Source: a virus
Lineage: Duplodnaviria; Caudoviricetes
Virus record (IMG/VR): IMGVR_UViG_3300032180_000009
Coordinates: 1 to 50,554 of that record
Direction: 5' to 3' (one strand)
Length of the DNA: 50,554 nt
Shown: positions 44,721 through 50,554 of the stretch, piece after piece
How positions within the stretch are numbered: position 1 is the first letter of the stretch
Layout: every line of letters starts with the position of its first letter
The notes under the pieces: model-generated
Told to the model about the DNA's origin: nothing
Seen by the model: only the letters and a program-made list of their open reading frames with translations
Databases searched by the model: none
Translations under genes and position numbers: made by a program

Positions 44721-45067
44721 GAATGGCCTTCGGTCGCAGGTGTGGTGCCCCCAACAGGAATTGAACCTGCAACCTGATCATTACAAATGACCTGCTCTAC
44801 CAATTGAGCTACAGGGGCGGAAGGATTGCCGTCGGCATCTACGCAGGTGTGGCGTTCGAAGTCCCAAAAGAACTCGGTGTCGACCAAGGGCAATAGGTCC
44901 CTTAGCATCTGTCTGTGGCGACAGGTTGAGCGAGTGCCGGCGGGACACTCGCAGGTCCAGTGACCACTATCACCAACCATGATGTAGGATGATTCCACAT
45001 CCAAGTCCTTGGTGAACTTGGTAATGCGGTAGTCATCGAGGGCGGTGCGGAGGTTGTAGAGGGTCAT
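44705..45067 (-). CDS. SWIM-type zinc-finger protein whose 3' part runs through the tRNA
   Basis: WTCECPAG....CRH motif; ATGA coupling at start. Confidence 0.7.
   Translation of the reverse strand: MTLYNLRTALDDYRITKFTKDLDVESSYIMVGDSGHWTCECPAGTRSTCRHRQMLRDLLPLVDTEFFWDFERHTCVDADGNPSAPVAQLVEQVICNDQVAGSIPVGGTTPATEGHSWRRI
44743..44818 (-). tRNA. tRNA-Thr(UGU), 76 nt with encoded CCA
   Basis: GCCCCTG TA GCTC AATTGGTA GAGC A GGTCA TTTGTAA TGATC AGGTT GCAGG TTCAATT CCTGT TGGGGGC A CCA; full cloverleaf with several G-U pairs. Confidence 0.9.
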
Positions 45068-45423
45068 GACTTCACCTCATCGAAGTCCACACTCTCACTG
45101 TAATAGCCATTGGAGACACCATGCCAACGAATTTCTACACTGCCTTTAATAGTGCGAAGCTTGTAGAAGGTCCATGTGTCGGAGTCGATAGCCTCAGAGC
45201 CCTCAGGACAATCGGTGCTTGAAGCTTCTTCAGCTAGCAGAATGGGAACGCCAACTAGGTTAGCATAGTCACCGGCCACTTCCTCTACGATGACGATCTC
45301 ACAACAATCTTGATAGTGGTGCAGCATGAAGGTACGGCCATCATCAAGAGTGAAGTGGATTTCATCCTCGCCCTTTTGTTCGACTTTGACGCAGGTTTTG
45401 CCTTGCAGGTCACTGAAGTTCAT
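45064..45423 (-). CDS. Conserved-type phage protein (HYQDCCE...WTFYK...RW.G.SNGYYSE)
   Basis: Motif pattern recurrent in phage early regions; ATGA coupling. Confidence 0.8.
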   Translation of the reverse strand: MNFSDLQGKTCVKVEQKGEDEIHFTLDDGRTFMLHHYQDCCEIVIVEEVAGDYANLVGVPILLAEEASSTDCPEGSEAIDSDTWTFYKLRTIKGSVEIRWHGVSNGYYSESVDFDEVKS

Positions 45424-45581
45424 AGAAGTTCTCCATCATATCGGGACCAATCTTCGGGACTGAAGCGATAGCCGCGCTCAGCCATCCAGTAGAGTGCTTG
45501 CAGTTTGCCATTGGCATTACGTAACGCACGCCACAGGTACCAATCAATCACATGGTTGTTGAAGTGATGGGAGTAGGTCAT
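45420..45581 (-). CDS. Small hypothetical protein
   Basis: ATGA coupling at both ends. Confidence 0.5.
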   Translation of the reverse strand: MTYSHHFNNHVIDWYLWRALRNANGKLQALYWMAERGYRFSPEDWSRYDGELL

Positions 45582-45676
45582 GACACACACTGACCCAACA
45601 ACCACCCAAGCCCAAAGACAAAGGCCGCGATGGCAGCCATGCCCCAGATGAAGAAGAAGCCATAGGTGTAGGGCAT
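45578..45676 (-). CDS. 32-aa single-TM peptide (MPYTYGFFFIWGMAAIAAFVFGLGWLLGQCVS)
   Basis: Read from sequence; TAATG and ATGA couplings; RBS AAGGAG. Confidence 0.55.
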   Translation of the reverse strand: MPYTYGFFFIWGMAAIAAFVFGLGWLLGQCVS

Positions 45677-45882
45677 TAGGCGAACTCCTTCATGACCTTT
45701 GAAGCATGCTTCTTGGCAAAGGCCAAGGCTTTGCCAGCGCTAATGTGATGGGCAATGTATTCAACCACTGAGGGGTAGGAGTGGTTAGCGAACCAATATT
45801 CGTATCGAATGCCGTTTATGCTCAGGGTTACGGTGTTGTCGGTAAGGTTGCTGCCGTGATAGAGGATCGTGGCTTTAGTCAT
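45676..45882 (-). CDS. Hypothetical protein (MTKATILYHG...)
   Basis: Coupled to neighbours. Confidence 0.6.
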   Translation of the reverse strand: MTKATILYHGSNLTDNTVTLSINGIRYEYWFANHSYPSVVEYIAHHISAGKALAFAKKHASKVMKEFA

Positions 45883-46123
45883 TGGCTTCTTCCCATGGCA
45901 TCTTGGGCATAGAGGGTTTGCGCCGGGTCTTCTGTTGCGATGCACGACGAAGAGTGACTTGGGTAGTGGTGAGATCGCTGGAGGTAGGGTTGTAGCCATA
46001 GCGGCTGCGTTTGATTATCAGGCTGGGAGCAGGCAATGGGCTGGCGTGAACATCTCCGGCCACGTGGCCGTATTCGCGCATTAGTCGGATTTGCTGTGAG
46101 CTTGGATATCGAATGCGGGTCAT
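45875..46123 (-). CDS. Basic hypothetical protein, first gene after promoter
   Basis: RBS GGGAG; downstream of the 46150-46178 promoter. Confidence 0.6.
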   Translation of the reverse strand: MTRIRYPSSQQIRLMREYGHVAGDVHASPLPAPSLIIKRSRYGYNPTSSDLTTTQVTLRRASQQKTRRKPSMPKMPWEEAND

Positions 46124-46149
46124 TGAGCGGACTCCCTGATTATGCTACC

Positions 46150-46178
46150 ATAGTACCACAACGCGCAGCGAAAGTCAA
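46150..46178 (-). promoter_or_regulatory. Sigma70 promoter (leftward)
   Basis: TTGACT-17 nt-TACTAT with TGn extended -10. Confidence 0.8.
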
Positions 46179-46205
46179 CTCTCATAACGTCTGAACACTA
46201 CTCAT

Positions 46206-46238
46206 GAAAAAGCACCCAAGGCTTGCGCCAAGGGTGCT
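46206..46238 (-). terminator. Rho-independent terminator
   Basis: Minus strand AGCACCCTTGGC-GCAA-GCCTTGGGTGCT followed by TTTT. Confidence 0.8.
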
Positions 46239-46270
46239 GAGGTTGCAACGACCGGGAGGTGTCGTTGGGT

Positions 46271-47116
46271 CTAGAAGGCGGAAGAGTTGGCTTGGCGCAT
46301 TATGCGGCGTTCGTTCCAAGAGTACCACTCACGGGTCCAGCGTTCAGCGGGTTCGGGGTCGAGGTCCGAACCAACATCGCTTGTAGGGATCACAGTGTTC
46401 GACGCAGAAATAGTCGAAGTCGTATCTGGGGTGTATGCAACGGTAGGGTCCGAAGGCACACTGACGCCTTCACCAATCGAAGTCTTCGGCGCAGCAGTGG
46501 TCTCCGTTGTAGAAGCCACACTCTGTGACAAGTCCACCGTATCGACATGCAAAGGGCTTACACTCTCACCCTTGGCGCCGCCGTCGGAGGATGCATCGGT
46601 AGAGGGCGTGGTGTCGTGGAAAGCCAAAGGCGGTAAAGGGCTAAGTGGCCCATCCTCCAATTCCCAAGTGTCAGACTTCACCCCCTGAAAGGTGTCACGG
46701 GGTTCAACCCATTCGCCTGTGTGGGTTTCGATATAGGTTGGTGCAATGCCTTCGGAGCTTGGCGTTCCGACAGGCTCAGCCACTGGCGTCGGCGGCTCAA
46801 TCGCCTTCAGTGCCCCATCAGCTTCTGCCATAGCACGGCGCAGAACGCTCTTGAGAGTTGAGGCAATGTCTTCAGTTTCGAGAAACCTCAACTCAGCAGC
46901 AGTGTTAGCCACCTCCAGATCGTGGACCTTTTGCTCAAGCGAGGCGGCGTAACGGCGGGAAGCCTCCAGGGAGACTTCAAGGTCAGTGTTGCGAAGTTCG
47001 TGGTTGGTGATGACCTGTTGGTGCTGGCTCAGTTGGGCTTCAAGCTGTGGCACTCGCTCCATCGCCTTGGCCATCTCCACAAGAGAGGCCGCGAAGTTGG
47101 TTACTGTATCGTTCAT
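46271..47116 (-). CDS. Coiled-coil plus acidic/disordered hypothetical protein
   Basis: RBS GGAG before MNDTVTNF; long coiled coil then Thr/Ser/Pro/Glu-rich tail. Confidence 0.7.
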   Translation of the reverse strand: MNDTVTNFAASLVEMAKAMERVPQLEAQLSQHQQVITNHELRNTDLEVSLEASRRYAASLEQKVHDLEVANTAAELRFLETEDIASTLKSVLRRAMAEADGALKAIEPPTPVAEPVGTPSSEGIAPTYIETHTGEWVEPRDTFQGVKSDTWELEDGPLSPLPPLAFHDTTPSTDASSDGGAKGESVSPLHVDTVDLSQSVASTTETTAAPKTSIGEGVSVPSDPTVAYTPDTTSTISASNTVIPTSDVGSDLDPEPAERWTREWYSWNERRIMRQANSSAF

Positions 47117-47531
47117 AGTCGGAAACTCCATTTGGGTTGCAGTATCCAAGGCATCCTTGAAGGCCAAGGGCCTTGCTCATGCCTTGCGTTTGCAGAAACA
47201 GAGAGCAGGAAGGGCTAGAGTGCTCTCTGCATTCACGCTCACTGTCCTGAACGACTCAGGTAGTGCCCTCGTGTAGATTATGCTCAAGTGATACGCAGAT
47301 TGCCGGGCCTTGCACCGGGTTAAGGCTTAGGGCGGCTCTGTTTCTCACTTGGGGAACACTCAATTAGGTAGGTAGGTGAGGGCGCACCCTCAAGTCCACA
47401 GTGATCCTAGGCTATTCGAACCGTAGGCAGTAGATCAACGGAGAGTGATTTGGCACACACTCATTTAACCGTGTCTTGCGTACTGCTTCGGTGGGTTCCC
47501 ATTACTCACTGTGGATACTTTGCCTTATGGC

Positions 47532-48254
47532 TTAGTGCGCGGTGTGGCCGTGTGTCACACCTTGAGTCATCTTGGCAGCCACTGCTGCGTCAGGGCCTTT
47601 GGCCTTCGCCCTCGGGGCAACCTTCCCCGCTTGGGTCTTGGACAAGGGCTTGTCAGCCTTTGCCTTGGCCGCCTTGGCTTCTGCCTTGGCCACCAGTTCG
47701 GGATCGGCCTTGATCAACGAAGCAATGTCGATCTTGATAGGCGTCTCCGCACGCTTGGCAAGGTTGGCTTCGGCCGTGGTCACGATCGACGGATCGTTCG
47801 CAATCAGGGCCTTGGCCGCCACGGTGATGTCACTGGCTTTGACCGTGGAGATCTTGATCTTGTTCGCCTTCATGGCGTCCTTGACCAAGTTCCTAGCGAG
47901 GCGCATGGCTTCCGTCATGACCGCACCAGAGGCTTTCTTCACGGCAACTGCGCCGGTGATTTTCACCTTACCAGCGTACATGTCCTCGACGTTGGCTTCG
48001 GCTTTGGCCTTGATGGCGCCGCGGCGTTCGGCTTCGTCGGGGTAGGCTTCTTTGGTGATCTTGGACATTGCCCGTTCGGCGATTACCTTGAGGCCCTGAA
48101 GGAGGGCTTCGCGGTAAACGTCGTCGGGAAGGAACCGGACATCCACGTCCACACTGCCCGCGCCGTTCTTCAACGGAATGGCCATGATCTTGTCAGGATC
48201 GGGAACGTAGGTGCCTTCGGCAATGGCCTTGGCGTATTCGCTTAGGTCACTCAT
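47532..48254 (-). CDS. Lys/Ala-rich hypothetical protein (possible DNA-binding)
   Basis: 240 aa, strong codon bias, histone-H1-like AK-rich C-terminus. Confidence 0.8.
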   Translation of the reverse strand: MSDLSEYAKAIAEGTYVPDPDKIMAIPLKNGAGSVDVDVRFLPDDVYREALLQGLKVIAERAMSKITKEAYPDEAERRGAIKAKAEANVEDMYAGKVKITGAVAVKKASGAVMTEAMRLARNLVKDAMKANKIKISTVKASDITVAAKALIANDPSIVTTAEANLAKRAETPIKIDIASLIKADPELVAKAEAKAAKAKADKPLSKTQAGKVAPRAKAKGPDAAVAAKMTQGVTHGHTAH

Positions 48255-48257
48255 AAG

Positions 48258-48542
48258 CTAGTGCCTCTTGGGTAGAACCATCACTACCACATCATTAACG
48301 AGGATCATAAGGATTGAAAGAGCCTTTAGCGCTTGGGGGCCGAAGCCCTGCGGGCACTGTATCGCTCTAGCATTGTCCCTACCTCTGATGGGTCTTTGGG
48401 TGGTTAATCGTGCGGGATTGCACGCCGCGATAGCAGACAGCTTATCCTTCGTGTCAACTCGGAAAGCCTGTATGGTGTTGACAGTCTGGTTAAGGACATC
48501 CACACAAGCATGCGCTGCTGCTATCTCGGAGTACAATCCCAT
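48258..48542 (-). CDS. Hypothetical protein
   Basis: ORF in early operon orientation. Confidence 0.4.
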   Translation of the reverse strand: MGLYSEIAAAHACVDVLNQTVNTIQAFRVDTKDKLSAIAACNPARLTTQRPIRGRDNARAIQCPQGFGPQALKALSILMILVNDVVVMVLPKRH

Positions 48543-48618
48543 TTGGCCTGCGCTAGTCTGCGCCCTTGCCGAAGTGTCAATGGTGAGTGTAATCAGTGTA
48601 CGGCTTTGGGAGCCGAGC

Positions 48619-48915
48619 TTAGTCCTCAGTCTCGTGCAAGGTCATTTCACTCCATGAGCTGTAATCGGTAATGTGCCACTCGAAGCTGTGCATGAGCTTC
48701 ATTACGTTCTGTGTAAGAAGCCGAAGCAGAAATTTACTGTGCTCAAACCTATAGCTCTCTGTCTGCTCAGGGTGTTCACTCAGCCACTGCTTCAATAGCG
48801 CGTCAGGCTCAATATCAACCACAGCCATATAGACGCCGTCCACATTGTAATCGCTGTACTCACCCATAGTGATGGTGAACACATTGCCCGCTGGAATTGT
48901 AGTGGCCACTTTCAT
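48619..48915 (-). CDS. Hypothetical protein (GEYSDY motif)
   Basis: ATGA coupling; RBS GGAG. Confidence 0.65.
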   Translation of the reverse strand: MKVATTIPAGNVFTITMGEYSDYNVDGVYMAVVDIEPDALLKQWLSEHPEQTESYRFEHSKFLLRLLTQNVMKLMHSFEWHITDYSSWSEMTLHETED

Positions 48916-49370
48916 ATCCGTCTCCATTCTGTTGTCTTAAGTGTAATGAGTGTACACCCACTGCCTTCGGAGCGAACCCCTGCGGGGACTGTCACTGGCC
49001 TAGGGATGGCAGGCTGAGCGACCGTAGCTTCGCCCTTTACCACAACCCTATTCCACTTCCTTTTATGATACGCAAGTCGGTCTGTACATGGGCGTGCAGA
49101 TGGCAGGGACAGCCTGCCATCCTGTGGGCTTTCGGCCTTTGGCTTTAGTATTCCCACTGAGGTTAGCAACTGTGCAGCCACTGTGGCCTTGGCCCTATGA
49201 CCTTCATCAATGATCTCTTGCGCACTACGCATAGCCTTAGGCATTGGTGCACCCACTGGCATTATGGCTTCGCCGGTGAAATCATCAATCAATGGTGCAG
49301 CCACTGACCTGCCATCCGAGAGGCTTTCCACCTTCAACACTGGTGGGTTAGGGCGTGATTTGCGAGGCAT
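48912..49370 (-). CDS. Hypothetical protein
   Basis: TAATG coupling. Confidence 0.6.
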   Translation of the reverse strand: MPRKSRPNPPVLKVESLSDGRSVAAPLIDDFTGEAIMPVGAPMPKAMRSAQEIIDEGHRAKATVAAQLLTSVGILKPKAESPQDGRLSLPSARPCTDRLAYHKRKWNRVVVKGEATVAQPAIPRPVTVPAGVRSEGSGCTLITLKTTEWRRI

Positions 49371-49582
49371 TATCTAAGTGCCTCAGTAAACCCCGCGTTT
49401 ATTGCAGGCATCAATCGACTTAACACGCTCTTTCGCAAGGCAAGCTTGCCTTCAACTGTGCCACTGCGCCCATCAGTGCATCTGCGCACACACTCAATCA
49501 ACTCCTGTTGTGTGGCATACTCAATCCACCAATCAGGCTTGTGTGTATCTAATGTATCCATCAATTGATCTATGGTGCTCAT
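49370..49582 (-). CDS. First early gene, hypothetical
   Basis: Purine-rich RBS; directly after the 49612-49640 promoter. Confidence 0.6.
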   Translation of the reverse strand: MSTIDQLMDTLDTHKPDWWIEYATQQELIECVRRCTDGRSGTVEGKLALRKSVLSRLMPAINAGFTEALR

Positions 49583-49611
49583 GGCCCTTCCCTCTTCCAT
49601 TGTGTCCTCAG

Positions 49612-49640
49612 ACTATACCACACCGCGCCACATTTGTCAA
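49612..49640 (-). promoter_or_regulatory. Strong sigma70 early promoter (leftward)
   Basis: TTGACA-17 nt-TATAGT with TGn extended -10. Confidence 0.85.
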
Positions 49641-49720
49641 CGCAAATCGCGAGTGAAATCGCCATTGGCAGGTCTGTGGCCGCAGGTATTGCCCTCAGCC
49701 ACTGTCTCCGTCACCTGCCA

Positions 49721-49893
49721 TTCCCTTCAAGGTCCCCTGATACCCTCATACCACACCTAGGGTAGCCCGGCTCTGGGTCTGGGTCTAGGTCTATGTTCAT
49801 CAGGATTTTTTTTTTTAGACGAGACCCAGACCCAAGCCCTTGGCTGCCTGCCCGGGGTAGTGGTATGAGAGTATGTGAGGACCTTGAGGGGAA
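49721..49893. repeat. Long imperfect inverted repeat (arms ~70-78 bp) around a T11-containing loop
   Basis: ttcccttcaaggtcc..ctcataccac..tgggtctgggtct..gtcta pairs with tagac..agacccagaccca..gtggtatgag..ggaccttgaggggaa. Confidence 0.85.
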
Positions 49894-50047
49894 CGTGAGA
49901 TGACCTAGGTGCAGGTTAGCAGGTACGATAGCCCAAGGTGAGGCCAATGGCCCTGAGCCACTTGCGGTATGTGGAGACATGGTGATTGTAATGGTGCATG
50001 GTGTCGGGCTCCATGTGTGAGTGTGGCCTTTGGCTGGCCACACCGCG

Positions 50048-50076
50048 ATGATAGCCGAACGGCGATCCGGCGTCAA
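50048..50076 (-). promoter_or_regulatory. Leftward sigma70 promoter of a divergent pair
   Basis: TTGACG-17 nt-TATCAT. Confidence 0.65.
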
Positions 50077-50077
50077 G

Positions 50078-50111
50078 TCACGATTTTGTGACCGCGATCA
50101 CGATTTTGTGA
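50078..50111. promoter_or_regulatory. Tandem operator-like repeats TCACGATTTTGTGA x2
   Basis: Exact 14-bp direct repeats at 50078-50091 and 50098-50111, each TCAC-N6-GTGA, lying between two back-to-back -35 boxes. Confidence 0.75.
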
Positions 50112-50112
50112 A

Positions 50113-50141
50113 TTGACCGAGCCCGACCAATGTGCGATGCT
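50113..50141 (+). promoter_or_regulatory. Rightward sigma70 promoter of a divergent pair
   Basis: TTGACC-17 nt-GATGCT (weak -10, TGn present). Confidence 0.5.
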
Positions 50142-50197
50142 GTGTGGGTCGCCGAGGCCACAGGCATTCCGCCACAGGCCGCGACATGGAGCATCAC

Positions 50198-50461
50198 ATG
50201 GCCAAGTCCCAGAACGAATACATCGCCATCAATCCCAAAGGCAAGTCTCAGGACTTCATGACTGCCTACGCCGACATGCAAGACGAGATCGAACGCCACC
50301 GCGCCACCATGCGGGACATGAGCGACCTGCTCCTCACCTGTGCCGTGGCCGAGGGCTTCGAGATCCCCAAGGGCAAGCAAGCCCGCATTGTGGCCTCACG
50401 CTTCGATGGCGCATTGCAGATCATGCTCTCGGACGTCGCACCGACGCGTCGGTCGTTCTGA
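50198..50461 (+). CDS. Hypothetical protein (87 aa, MAKSQNEY...)
   Basis: RBS GGAG; GC3-rich codon usage; downstream of the rightward promoter. Confidence 0.75.
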   Translation: MAKSQNEYIAINPKGKSQDFMTAYADMQDEIERHRATMRDMSDLLLTCAVAEGFEIPKGKQARIVASRFDGALQIMLSDVAPTRRSF

Positions 50462-50554
50462 TCCCGCGCTGCGGTAGCTGCACCGCACCATAGGCCCTGC
50501 CCTCAGCCGTTGGCCGGGGGTGGGGCCAAAATTTTGGCCCCACGCGAGGGCCAG
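50434..50554. repeat. Terminal direct repeat, copy 2
   Basis: Identical to 1-121. Confidence 0.95.

Noticed and set aside
44743-44818. tRNA as an attP site or prophage boundary
   Set aside because: No integrase, no duplicated tRNA 3' end and no host genes in the window

Overview
The window is an apparently complete, circularly closed ~50.4 kb genome of a short-tailed (podovirus-type) dsDNA phage. Bases 1-121 recur exactly at 50434-50554. The + strand (241-32020) carries a GIY-YIG protein, terminase, portal, scaffold, HNH-AP2 endonuclease, major capsid, cement protein, an accessory virion block, tail tubular A/B, ejection proteins and a lysis cassette. The head-gene order resembles Bordetella BPP-1-like podophages. 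The - strand (32001-49582) carries replication, recombination and early genes: a DUF3987-type ATPase, a PolA split into two genes, an AAA_24 ATPase, a PD-(D/E)XK nuclease, a UvrD-like helicase, many small ORFs and a tRNA-Thr(UGU). I found no integrase, RNA polymerase or recognisable primase. An alphaproteobacterial host is a guess. The most striking element is the block at 8647-15412, inside the morphogenesis operon. It contains an O-antigen-ligase/O-oligosaccharyltransferase-family membrane protein surrounded by five Thr/Ser/Gly-rich, Cys-containing, virion-like proteins, including a beta-helix tailspike. All five have Sec signal peptides with a predicted A|Q cleavage. This suggests an export, periplasmic maturation/glycosylation and virion decoration system. 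Other notable items are a +1-frame tail on the ligase, a tRNA embedded in a same-strand ORF, an attenuator-like structured leader, an SSB-tail mimic, a Tat-like peptide in frame with TerL and a divergent promoter/operator switch. All family calls come from reading motifs by eye; no database searches were run.
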